Source: Fidelibacterota bacterium (GTDB lineage: Bacteria > Fidelibacterota > UBA2242). Taken from it: 64,000 bases of DNA. The DNA lies in assembly GCA_049975265.1 (NCBI GenBank), contig JBNGDF010000008.1:47528-111527 (forward strand). The letters run 5' to 3'. Made by a program: the position numbers and the translations under genes. Below are positions 37,031 through 46,047 of the stretch, piece after piece. The notes beneath the pieces were generated by a model. That model was given only the letters and a program-made list of their open reading frames with translations. It was not told the origin of the DNA and did no database searches. Every line of letters starts with the position of its first letter. Position 1 is the first letter of the stretch.

Positions 37031-38251
37031 ATGTTGAACATACAGACAGTGCGTTCTATCATTACGAAAGCCTTCAATGACTGGCAGATTTACGGCAGGC
37101 GGGTGCTTTTTATTATTCCCGATAATTCCCGCACCGCACCAATTGATTGGATTTTCCGGATTATTTACGAGCAATTGAGAGAACGCGCCGCGACGATTGA
37201 CTTCCTGATTGCGTTGGGAACCCATCCGCCGCTAAGAGAGGAGCAGATTTACAAACGGGTTGGCATAACCCGGGAAGAGCGGCACCGGGATTTTTCCAAA
37301 GCCCGATTTTTTAACCACCACTGGAAAGATCCGCAGCAGCTGATGACGATCGGGATACTTGCCGCGGAAGATGTGGAAACACTCTCTGAAGGACGGCTGT
37401 CAGACTCCGTGCCGGTCACCATCAACCGTCTGATTCAGCATTACGAAATGCTGGTGGTGATTGGTCCGGTTTTTCCCCATGAGGTGGTGGGCTTTTCGGG
37501 TGGGAATAAATACTTTTTCCCGGGTATTTCCGGTCCCGAAATCATTGATCTGTTTCATTGGCTGGGGGCGCTGATTACTAACCAGAAAATCATCGGTATC
37601 AAGCATACGCCGGTGCGGGCGGTGGTGGATGCTGCCGCACAGTTGATCCCGGCGGAACGCCGCTGTTTTGCTTTAGTAATGAAGCAGGACGGTCTCAGCG
37701 GAATGTTCGCCGGTACACCCGAGGAAGCCTGGTCCCGGGCGGCGGACCTGTCGGCGCAGGAGAATATTGTGTATGTGGATGCTCCGTTTCAAACGGTTCT
37801 GTCCCGGGCACCGGAGATGTACGAGGACCTTTGGACCGGCGGGAAGTGCATGTACAAACTGGAACCGGTGGTGGCTGACGGCGGTGAATTGATCATCTAT
37901 GCACCGCATATTCGCGAAGTATCGGTCACACATGGTGAGATTATCCGGCAGGTGGGCTATCATGTCCGGGATTTTTTTACCGGGCAGTGGGAAAAATACC
38001 GCCGCTTTTCCGGTGGTATCCTGGCGCACTGTACCCATGTCAAGGGTGCGGGTGAATATGTAGATGGCGTTGAAAAACCGCGGATCAAGGTAACCCTCGC
38101 TACAGGAATTTCGAAACAAATCTGTCACACCATCAATCTCGGATACTGCGATCCGCAATCAATCCGGATAGCGGATTTTCAGAATCGGGAGAAAGACGGG
38201 ATTTTGTATGTGCCGAAAGCGGGGGAAAGGCTGTATCGATTAATAAAATGA
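37031..38251 (+). CDS. LarA-family (nickel-pincer) alpha-hydroxy-acid epimerase; probable D-mannonate/D-gluconate 2-epimerase
   Basis: IIPDNSRT, IALGTHPP, FNHHW, FPHEVVGFSGGNKYFFPGI match LarA-family motifs; substrate inferred from context (mannonate oxidoreductase, gnd). Confidence 0.75.
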   Translation: MLNIQTVRSIITKAFNDWQIYGRRVLFIIPDNSRTAPIDWIFRIIYEQLRERAATIDFLIALGTHPPLREEQIYKRVGITREERHRDFSKARFFNHHWKDPQQLMTIGILAAEDVETLSEGRLSDSVPVTINRLIQHYEMLVVIGPVFPHEVVGFSGGNKYFFPGISGPEIIDLFHWLGALITNQKIIGIKHTPVRAVVDAAAQLIPAERRCFALVMKQDGLSGMFAGTPEEAWSRAADLSAQENIVYVDAPFQTVLSRAPEMYEDLWTGGKCMYKLEPVVADGGELIIYAPHIREVSVTHGEIIRQVGYHVRDFFTGQWEKYRRFSGGILAHCTHVKGAGEYVDGVEKPRIKVTLATGISKQICHTINLGYCDPQSIRIADFQNREKDGILYVPKAGERLYRLIK

Positions 38252-38279
38252 ATATGAAAATAATAAACCGGAGATAACG

Positions 38280-39359
38280 ATGAGTATTACACTTCGAAAT
38301 GAATGTAGATGGTCACTGATCGTGCCGACCAGTATGGGCGTGCGGATTACACCGGTGGACCAGCAACCGGTCCAATCGGGCAATCTTTTTATAATGCAGG
38401 CGACGAGTGCTGAATCCAACGTCGCGAGCATCTCATCCTATCTGGGCTTGCCGGTGAAGGTTCTAACCGCGTTTGTGGCGGGGAGCCCGATTGCGAAATT
38501 TATCAAGAGTAATCTGAGAAGTCGCATGATGGAGTTTGAAGGACCGGATGTTCCGCAGGGCGGACCCTGGGGATTCCGTCACCAATTCAATATCGCCGAC
38601 AGCGGGTGCGGCTCCCGCGGACCCCGGGTACACAACGACCGCGCCGGGGAAGTCGGCAGGACGCTGAATGCGAAGGATTTCGATCTGGAAAGGATTTTTG
38701 CAAAAGAAGGTGCCCAAATTATTCATCTGTCCGGCTTGATCGCTGCTCTATCGCCGGAAACCGGGCAATTCTGTCTCGAATTGGCAAGAATGGCGAAAAA
38801 ACATGACTGCCGGATCAGTTTCGATCTGAATTACCGCGCTTCGTTCTGGAAAAATCGTGAAAGTGATCTTGGGGAAATTTTCAGTGAAATTGCCGGAATT
38901 TCCGATATTTTAGTTGGCAATGAAGAGGATTTTCAACTCTGTCTGGGCATTGCCGGTCCGGAAGCGGGTGGCAAAGACCTGGCGGGGAAAATTGACGGCT
39001 TCAAAGAGATGATCGGGCGGGTTAAAAAAACCTATACCAATGCGACCGTCTTTGCCACGACATTGCGTGAAGTGGTGGATGCCAACCATCATCTTTGGGG
39101 TGCCATTATGCTGGAAGGCGATAACTGGCATGTCGTTGAACCGCGACCGATTACTGTGCTGGACCGGATTGGCGGTGGCGACGGTTTTGTTGGCGGACTA
39201 TTATACGGAATTCTGAAAGGCTGGGCACCGGAGAAGTGGATGCAGTTTGGATGGGCAACCGGCGTACTGGCGACGACGATGCTGACCGACTACACCCAGC
39301 CGGCTGACGAAGAACAGGTCTGGAGTATCTGGGAAGGTAATGCCCGTGTGAAACGGTGA
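38280..39359 (+). CDS. PfkB-family sugar-acid kinase (KdgK-like)
   Basis: SAESNVA, HLSGL, SFDLNYRASFW, ILVGNEEDF, LDRIGGGDGFVGG. Confidence 0.85.
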   Translation: MSITLRNECRWSLIVPTSMGVRITPVDQQPVQSGNLFIMQATSAESNVASISSYLGLPVKVLTAFVAGSPIAKFIKSNLRSRMMEFEGPDVPQGGPWGFRHQFNIADSGCGSRGPRVHNDRAGEVGRTLNAKDFDLERIFAKEGAQIIHLSGLIAALSPETGQFCLELARMAKKHDCRISFDLNYRASFWKNRESDLGEIFSEIAGISDILVGNEEDFQLCLGIAGPEAGGKDLAGKIDGFKEMIGRVKKTYTNATVFATTLREVVDANHHLWGAIMLEGDNWHVVEPRPITVLDRIGGGDGFVGGLLYGILKGWAPEKWMQFGWATGVLATTMLTDYTQPADEEQVWSIWEGNARVKR

Positions 39360-39410
39360 GAATCGGGGCGGAGATACCGGTCCGGGCAGAGCCGTTGGAA
39401 ACAGGGGGTA

Positions 39411-39531
39411 TCAGTATTGATAATGCGTCCACATCCGGATAATTTTAACGATTCTTTCCTTTTCGTCACGCCTGACTTTATTTTTTAACGTCTTTTTGCG
39501 CCTGTCTGGTGTAAACCGGTTTCCAATTCAC
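39411..39531 (-). pseudogene. YoeB/Txe-family toxin remnant with internal deletion
   Basis: GTG at 39531 overlaps the antitoxin stop and gives MNWKPVYTRQAQKDVKK* (stop 39478-39480). Another frame gives DEKERIVKIIRMWTHYQY* (stop 39411-39413). These resemble the N- and C-termini of Txe/YoeB toxins. Confidence 0.75.
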
Positions 39532-39770
39532 CAATCGAGTTCCTCGCTGCATTCACTGACCGATGTTCCAAAGTCTTTTTCAATTGACTCCCGCATACCG
39601 GGAATCGAAATCAGATAGAGTGTCTCCTGCACAGCCCGCCAATCGTCTTCGGAAGTGAGAGTAGCATTATTCTTATTTCCGGTGATCCGGATCGGTTCGT
39701 GAGCCTCGGAAGTTTCGTTGATTAACCTGTACAGGTTTTTACGGGCGTTGGTTGCGTTGGTTGTCTTTAT
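39528..39770 (-). pseudogene. Phd/YefM-family antitoxin, 80 codons, ATA in the start position
   Basis: Manual translation: IKTTNATNARKNLYRLINETSEAHEPIRITGNKNNATLTSEDDWRAVQETLYLISIPGMRESIEKDFGTSVSECSEELDW*. No in-frame ATG/GTG/TTG lies between the upstream stop and ATA. Confidence 0.85.
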
Positions 39771-39865
39771 AAATACCCCATGAATTTTTCGATCATGGTG
39801 GTGGTACGGAATGGATACCCGGAATGAGATTCAAAGGGTGATAGAGCCGGAGTTCAGCGCGGGGG

Positions 39866-40516
39866 TTATTTTTGGATAACCAGAATTCTGGAGCCGGTTT
39901 TCTGCAAAGCCTCCTGACGCAAGCCGGCTTCAATCGCCATGGTGTATTGAGCCTGCAAATCTGCGAGGCTTTGGGTACCCTTGCTTTGCTGATCGAGTAT
40001 ACCGTCGGCATTTTGATCAATCGCCACAGCAACTACCGGATTTTGTTTTGCATATCGACGACGGACCTTGAATTCATTAAAAGGCAGGGCGTTTTCCGGG
40101 CGAAAGCTCTTGATCTCCAACAGAAAGCCCTGACTTTCGACGATAAAACGGTGGTTTTGCGGATTGCGTTCCTGAATCCTGTTTTTCCGGCTTAGATCAT
40201 TGATCCCATGTTCATAAATTTGCTGAATTTCATGAAGATTACCTTTTCCGACAGTAATCCGGTCCAACACACCGTCCTGGTCGTAGTCCACCGCCAGAAA
40301 ATCCTCAGCAATCAGTTCATTACTGGAGAGGTTATCATCCGCGGAATCGATGGATCGAATCCTGTACACTTCATTGTTGAGTTCGAATTGATATTGATAA
40401 ATCCGGAAAGTGGGAGTCTCACTGGCACAGCCCGACAGGAGTAGTAACACCAGTATCAAGCCGGGTCGGACGGTCTGAGTCGAATGATACCGGGTGATGT
40501 TCGTCTTAAATGTCAT
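39866..40516 (-). CDS. Hypothetical lipoprotein
   Basis: GGAGG RBS before ATG 40516; LLLLSGC lipobox; two Dx[DN]xDGxLD-type motifs (DYDQDGVLD, DQNADGILD). Confidence 0.65.
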   Translation of the reverse strand: MTFKTNITRYHSTQTVRPGLILVLLLLSGCASETPTFRIYQYQFELNNEVYRIRSIDSADDNLSSNELIAEDFLAVDYDQDGVLDRITVGKGNLHEIQQIYEHGINDLSRKNRIQERNPQNHRFIVESQGFLLEIKSFRPENALPFNEFKVRRRYAKQNPVVAVAIDQNADGILDQQSKGTQSLADLQAQYTMAIEAGLRQEALQKTGSRILVIQK

Positions 40517-40655
40517 AAAACCCTCCACATATACATGGATAATATATGAAACGCCGATGACATGGTAAATAGCGCCGGCGGAACTGAAATCAGGCTTGAG
40601 GGTACCACTGTCAATCGGGCTTCCGGAATTTGGTAGCTTGTACCGATGGCGGGTC

Positions 40656-41747
40656 TTATAGGCGTTTTGTAGAATTTTTATGGAAAAAATGGATGTGCTC
40701 AGGATCGACGAAGAGATCGATCTGATCGTTGCAGGCGGTATCGGGCAGATACTCTTTAGTGACACAAATCAGACTTTGAGGGCCGAGTTTCAGATATAGA
40801 ATCGATTCGCTTCCTAATGGTTCTACCAGTTCCAGATTCGCCCGGATTCTGAAATCACCTTTCGAGTTGCGCCGGATACTGAAATCCTCCGGGCGGATAC
40901 CCAATACGACCTCGTAACCGGACTGGTTTTGCAACCGGTCTGCGACCCGCTGGGGAATCGGCAGGGTGATGTTGGTATCACCGGAGTGGAGTTGCTTGTC
41001 GCTGGTGACGGTTGCGGCAATAAAGTTCATCGCCGGACTACCGATAAAACCGGCGACAAAAAGATCAGCAGGCTCCTTATAGATGTTAATAGGTGTGTCC
41101 AGCTGGTGAATGACACCCGTTTTCATCACTGCAATCCGACTGCCCATGGTCATGGCTTCGACCTGATCATGGGTGACATAGATCATGGTGGTTGCCAGAC
41201 GTTGATGCAGCTTTTTGATCTCAGTCCGCATCTGAACCCGCAACTTGGCATCGAGATTGGAAAGCGGTTCGTCAAAGAGAAAAACCTTTGGTTTGCGAAC
41301 AATGGCACGACCGAGGGCGACCCGTTGGCGCTGACCCCCGGAGAGCTGTTTCGGTTTGCGGTCCAGCAATTCGGTTATTTCCAGAATATCGGCGGCTTCC
41401 CGGACTCGCCCTTGTATATCCTTTTTGGGATATTTGCGCAGTTTGAGCCCGAACGCCATGTTGTCAAAAACGGTCATATGTGGATAAAGAGCATAGTTCT
41501 GAAAGACCATGGCGATGTCCCGGTCTTTAGGAGGAATGTTATTGACCAATTTGCCGGCGATATAGATTTCACCGGCGGTCACTTCTTCCAGCCCGGCAAT
41601 CATGCGCAGGGTTGTGGATTTTCCGCAACCCGAAGGTCCTACCAGTACGAGGAACTCCCCATCCTGAACATTCAGAAACAGGTTGTCAATCACCGGTTTG
41701 TTGGTACCAAATTGCTTTCTGATGTTTTTGAGTTCGATCGCTGACAT
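40656..41747 (-). CDS. CUT1 sugar ABC transporter ATPase (MalK/MsmX/UgpC type)
   Basis: GPSGCGKST, AMVFQNYALYPHM, LSGGQRQR, LFDEPLSNLDAKLR, YVTHDQVEAM, FIGSPAMN, LGIRPE. Confidence 0.95.
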   Translation of the reverse strand: MSAIELKNIRKQFGTNKPVIDNLFLNVQDGEFLVLVGPSGCGKSTTLRMIAGLEEVTAGEIYIAGKLVNNIPPKDRDIAMVFQNYALYPHMTVFDNMAFGLKLRKYPKKDIQGRVREAADILEITELLDRKPKQLSGGQRQRVALGRAIVRKPKVFLFDEPLSNLDAKLRVQMRTEIKKLHQRLATTMIYVTHDQVEAMTMGSRIAVMKTGVIHQLDTPINIYKEPADLFVAGFIGSPAMNFIAATVTSDKQLHSGDTNITLPIPQRVADRLQNQSGYEVVLGIRPEDFSIRRNSKGDFRIRANLELVEPLGSESILYLKLGPQSLICVTKEYLPDTACNDQIDLFVDPEHIHFFHKNSTKRL

Positions 41748-41757
41748 TTTTTTCTCG

Positions 41758-42900
41758 CTATGATTTGGGATTAAAAAGTGTTTTCGGGATTTGAGTCAGT
41801 CTGCAGAGCAGGTCAATTTCACCAGAGGCTACGATGAAATGGTCAGCCGTCGCCAACACTCCTGTCGTGAATACAACGTTATCAATGTACGCCTGGTTTT
41901 GATATCCGCGGGTCAATTCCGGATTGGCTTGCAGAATAGGATGGTTATCATTGAGATAAAGGATGTTTTTGGGATTGTCGGATTGAGCGATGGCGTAGAA
42001 GGTCCGATAGCAACCGATGGGACCGCATTTATCGACCCCGTGAAACAGAATCAACCAGCCATCCGGGGTTTTAATCGGAGGCGCCCCGCCACCGAGTTTC
42101 AGGGACATCAGTGATCCGTTGCGGGCTCTAATGAATGGCTGATCGGTCGGCTTCCAATGAAGCAGGTCCGGTGATTCGGCAAGATTGATCGAAGTGCCTG
42201 GCAGATAGAGGGAGTTAGCGGCAGCGGTAAAATAGAGTTCTCCCAGTGGACGGGTCAGAGCGTAGTATTTGCCGTTGATTTTTTCCGGAAAAAGGATCAT
42301 GTCTTTATTCTGGTGATCCATGATGATTCCCAGCAGCCGGTAATCCAGACCGTTTTCAGAAACATATAACGTGGTGGAATGCCTTTCCGAGCTGACGGAA
42401 CAGCAGGTCAGGTAGTAGCGATCACCAATTTTGGTAATCCGCGGGTCTTCGATTCCGTATTCCTGGTAACTGGCTTGCGGTTCGATAATTTTATCGTAGT
42501 GGATGGTAATGATCTTATGTCCATCGTGACTGAGCTCCACCGGCAGCAGCCAAGAGAAAGAGGTCAGACCGTAGACTTTCAGGTGGTCGTATTCAAGGAA
42601 TCGGAATTTACGGGGATCGGTGGTATCGAGCTGATATGCCGGATGATCTTCAACAATGTATTTCTCTCCCGGTGACCAGCGGATATAGTAGAATTTGCCC
42701 TTTTTGATGGGTTCTTTGAGGGATTCGGCCACCCGCACCATGAGGAGCAGATTGCCGTTCGCGAGCCGGCACAGACCCGGATTGAAGGTACCAAGGATGT
42801 AGGTATTGAATCCGGTGGCGTTCCGAATCAGATAGTGGTGGGGGTCAATATTTTGCGGAGCGAAGGCGATATTATCGTTTAAGTAGTTCATTTTATTCAT
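41758..42900 (-). CDS. GH130-family beta-mannoside phosphorylase
   Basis: TFNPG, YGIEDPRITKI, NKDMILFPEKINGKYYALTRP, SPDLLHW, KLGGGAPPIKT..GWLILFHGV, NVVF; no signal peptide. Confidence 0.8.
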   Translation of the reverse strand: MNKMNYLNDNIAFAPQNIDPHHYLIRNATGFNTYILGTFNPGLCRLANGNLLLMVRVAESLKEPIKKGKFYYIRWSPGEKYIVEDHPAYQLDTTDPRKFRFLEYDHLKVYGLTSFSWLLPVELSHDGHKIITIHYDKIIEPQASYQEYGIEDPRITKIGDRYYLTCCSVSSERHSTTLYVSENGLDYRLLGIIMDHQNKDMILFPEKINGKYYALTRPLGELYFTAAANSLYLPGTSINLAESPDLLHWKPTDQPFIRARNGSLMSLKLGGGAPPIKTPDGWLILFHGVDKCGPIGCYRTFYAIAQSDNPKNILYLNDNHPILQANPELTRGYQNQAYIDNVVFTTGVLATADHFIVASGEIDLLCRLTQIPKTLFNPKS

Positions 42901-42967
42901 GTTACAAAGACCTGTTTTGGAGTTGGTAAGTTAGGAAATAATAGCGAGTAAACCAGAATAAAAAAGC

Positions 42968-42996
42968 TTGACAAAGAACCAATGATAAAATATATT
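42968..42996 (+). promoter_or_regulatory. Sigma70-type promoter of the LacI-led operon
   Basis: TTGACA (42968-42973), 17 bp spacer, TATATT (42991-42996). Confidence 0.7.
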
Positions 42997-43008
42997 AAAA
43001 CGTTTCGA
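42995..43008. promoter_or_regulatory. LacI-family operator
   Basis: TTAAAACGTTTCGA with central palindrome AAACGTTT (42998-43005) over the predicted transcription start of a LacI-family gene. Confidence 0.6.
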
Positions 43009-43026
43009 TAAAACAAATGAGAATTT

Positions 43027-44046
43027 GTGGCTGCTACGATTAAAGATATTGCAAAGAAAGCCGGCGTATCCATCTCGACTGTGTCACTGGTGCTGAACCA
43101 GAAAGGGTATGTCGCCCCGGAAACGCGGAAAAAGGTTCAAAATGTCATCAATGAGCTGAATTATCGCCCCCTGCACTCTGCCCGAAAACTGGCGACTCAG
43201 ATGACCGGCAACCTGGGTTTTATTCTTTGGGAAGGTCACTTTTCCGAAGTGGAAATGTTTTATAGCCAGGTATTCTTGGGAATGGAATATGCAGCGCGCA
43301 AGCATGACCACTATATTCTTTTGACGACGGTAACAGAAGATTTTGATCCGAAGGAGAATCTGCCACGCTTTCTTCAATATAAAGACGTAGATGGGGTCGC
43401 TCTGGCAGGCAGAGTCCCGGAACCGCTGATCCGGTATCTGGATCATCAGCGGATTCCCTTTGTGCTGGTCGATTATGAAATTCCCGGTGAAAACCACAAT
43501 TGCATTAAAATCGATAATTACAACGGCACTTTCCGAGCGGTGGAATATTTAATCAAGTCGGGACGTGAACATATCGCTTTTGTGGGTGGGACATTTTTTC
43601 ATCCATCCATTAAGGAGCGCTATCGCGGTTACTGTGAGGCTCTGGAAAAACATGGTTTGAACGCAGACAGATCGGCTCAACTCAGTTATTGTGCCAATGT
43701 GGAAACCTCCCGTGCCATTGGCGAGAAAGGAGCCATGCAGTTGCTGGCGGAGCATCCGGAAATTGACGCGATTGTTTGCTGTAACGACACAACCGCGTTG
43801 GGGGTCATAAGCGGTGTTCAAAGGATGAAGAAAAGAATACCGGACGATGTCGCCGTATTTGGATTTGATGATATTCCCACGGCGGAGTTCAATTCCCCTA
43901 AACTGTCCACGGTGCGGGTACCAAAACTGGAAATCGGCAAAGAGGCTTATAAACTCTTGTATGAGCTGGTGTATCATCCCCGTATGGCTCCGCAATCGCG
44001 CATTATATCCGTTGAATTAGTGCCTAGAGAGAGTACGAGTAGCTAA
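43027..44046 (+). CDS. LacI-family transcriptional regulator
   Basis: TIKDIAKKAGVSISTVSLVLN, CCNDTTALG, IPDDVAVFGFDD, LSTVRVP, ELVPREST. Confidence 0.96.
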   Translation: MAATIKDIAKKAGVSISTVSLVLNQKGYVAPETRKKVQNVINELNYRPLHSARKLATQMTGNLGFILWEGHFSEVEMFYSQVFLGMEYAARKHDHYILLTTVTEDFDPKENLPRFLQYKDVDGVALAGRVPEPLIRYLDHQRIPFVLVDYEIPGENHNCIKIDNYNGTFRAVEYLIKSGREHIAFVGGTFFHPSIKERYRGYCEALEKHGLNADRSAQLSYCANVETSRAIGEKGAMQLLAEHPEIDAIVCCNDTTALGVISGVQRMKKRIPDDVAVFGFDDIPTAEFNSPKLSTVRVPKLEIGKEAYKLLYELVYHPRMAPQSRIISVELVPRESTSS

Positions 44047-44058
44047 AGACAGGCGAAT

Positions 44059-46014
44059 ATGATATTCAATCAAGATCATAATAAAAAACAATTTTTATTG
44101 GGGGTCAATTACTGGCCGGCTTCATCGGCGCTGAATATGTGGACGGAATGGAATCCTGACGAAATCCGGGTTGATATCCGGCAAATGAGGGATTTGGGTA
44201 TGAACTCCTGCCGTCTTTTTCTTTTCATGCCGGCATTTATGGATAATCCACAGGGAGTCAATCCCCTGATGATGGAGCGGCTGCATCTTTTCCTGCAGGA
44301 ATGTGAATCCCAAAAACTACAGACCCTGCCGACCTTCATTGTCGGGCACATGTCCGGGGAAGACTGGGATGTCGAGTGGTGCCGGGGAAAAAATTTCATT
44401 ACCGATTCTGACGTGGTTGAGATTACGAAGTTATATATCCATTCGGTTGTAAAAGCGATTAAGTCGCATACTTGTATTGCAGGCTGGCTGCTGTCCAATG
44501 AGCTGCCGAATTTTATCGGCAGACAGAATCCCGGGGATGTGGAGCACTGGGTGCGGGAGATATGCGCCACTATCCGAGCCGAGGACCAGGACCGTCCGGT
44601 CAGTGTCGGAGATGGTGCCTGGTCGCCGGAAATAATCGGTGAACAATCCGGTTTTATTCTTCGCAAGTTAAATCAATACCAGGATTTTGTGGGATTACAC
44701 TATTATCCCCGGGGAATGAACCCCTGGCAGCATGCCTACACTACTGCTTTTCGATTGCGTCTGGCGCGGGAATGGGGACGACCGGTTATTGTCGAAGAGT
44801 TTGGAACTTCCACGACATTATGTTCTGAGCAAAACCAAGCCTGCTACTACCGCGAAGTTTTTTACAGTGCGCTGATGAATGGAGCGGAGGGTGTCTTAAG
44901 CTGGTGTCTGAACGATTTTGATTTTGAGAATAAACGTCCCTATTCGCATCATAGCTATGAAGAACATTTCGGGATTGTGAGAACCGATAAATCCCGAAAA
45001 CCTGCCGCTTTGGAATATGCACCTTTTGCGCAGGCAGTGCAGGAAATCGCGGAGGGGAGATACCAAAAAATCGAGCGTCCGGCAGGTCTGCTGATTCCTG
45101 CGAATTATTATTATGAATATCCCTATCAATTTCAACCGGAATTCAGAGAGTGGTACAGCCTCTACCTTGAGACCTTTTCACTTTTAAAGCGTGGTAACAT
45201 TGATGTAAAAATGGTTTATGAACCAGCCCAGGAATTGGAAAATGAAGGACGCTATTCCCATCCTCTGTCGCTGGATTCCGGAGAAATTCCCGTGCTGTTT
45301 GCGCCCCGGATGAAGGTGATGTCGAAACCGCTGCGGAGACAATTGGAGAAGTATGTTTATGACGGTGGTACACTCTACTTCAGCTTTGCCAATGACAGCT
45401 GGGTATCGGACTGGCATCAACTGGCCGGGATTGAGATGGACTGCAAATTTGGCGTACCCGATTTTCCGGAGGGTGATTCTGTAACGATTCAGGTAAAAGA
45501 TAGTTGGGGCGAGTTTCAGCAGGGGGAGAAATTCAGCATCCCACTGGCGAAGTCCAGCCCGGAATTTTCTTGCTGTCCGGTCATTACAAACCGGGCAGAA
45601 ACAGTTATGTACGACGAGGCTTCTTCTCCTTTTCTGACAAAGCATTCCATCGGGAAGGGGACAGTCTATTTCTGTGCCTTTCCCGTGGAAATGCTGGCGC
45701 TGAAGGCTCCGCTGGGTAACTGGCAATATACCCTCAGCCGGATTTATCGGTCAATTTTTCAGAATGCGGGTAAGCCGGTTCTTTTTGAGATCAGTGGCGA
45801 CGGGCTGGAGATGGGCATCTGGGCAAGGGACGATGGTTTTCTGGTTTATATATTCAATCATAGCTGGGAGCGGCAGAAAGGAACGTTAACAGTCAGGCTT
45901 TCGGACTGGGATATTCATCAGGCGTCCCTTTCTTATCGTCAGCTGAAAAGCCGTGTAATTGAATTTGCGCTGGATCGGAAGAGTGTTTGTCATTTCACAA
46001 TTATGAAACATTAA
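44059..46014 (+). CDS. Clan GH-A (GH5-like) glycosidase, probably beta-mannosidase, with GH42-like C-terminal domain; cytoplasmic
   Basis: LLGVNYWP...NMW, VGHMSG, WLLSNELP (acid/base), GLHYYP, IVEEFG (nucleophile), WCLNDF, PYSHH..EEHFG; no signal peptide. Confidence 0.75.
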   Translation: MIFNQDHNKKQFLLGVNYWPASSALNMWTEWNPDEIRVDIRQMRDLGMNSCRLFLFMPAFMDNPQGVNPLMMERLHLFLQECESQKLQTLPTFIVGHMSGEDWDVEWCRGKNFITDSDVVEITKLYIHSVVKAIKSHTCIAGWLLSNELPNFIGRQNPGDVEHWVREICATIRAEDQDRPVSVGDGAWSPEIIGEQSGFILRKLNQYQDFVGLHYYPRGMNPWQHAYTTAFRLRLAREWGRPVIVEEFGTSTTLCSEQNQACYYREVFYSALMNGAEGVLSWCLNDFDFENKRPYSHHSYEEHFGIVRTDKSRKPAALEYAPFAQAVQEIAEGRYQKIERPAGLLIPANYYYEYPYQFQPEFREWYSLYLETFSLLKRGNIDVKMVYEPAQELENEGRYSHPLSLDSGEIPVLFAPRMKVMSKPLRRQLEKYVYDGGTLYFSFANDSWVSDWHQLAGIEMDCKFGVPDFPEGDSVTIQVKDSWGEFQQGEKFSIPLAKSSPEFSCCPVITNRAETVMYDEASSPFLTKHSIGKGTVYFCAFPVEMLALKAPLGNWQYTLSRIYRSIFQNAGKPVLFEISGDGLEMGIWARDDGFLVYIFNHSWERQKGTLTVRLSDWDIHQASLSYRQLKSRVIEFALDRKSVCHFTIMKH

Positions 46015-46047
46015 ACGTGTTGTAGGAAAACACACAAAGGAGGAAAG

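Noticed and set aside
37031..38251. True lactate racemase
   Set aside because: The context is sugar-acid catabolism with no lactate genes; a sugar-acid epimerase of the same family fits better.
39793..40032. 79-aa minus-strand ORF
   Set aside because: It overlaps the lipoprotein 3' end out of frame and has no motif.
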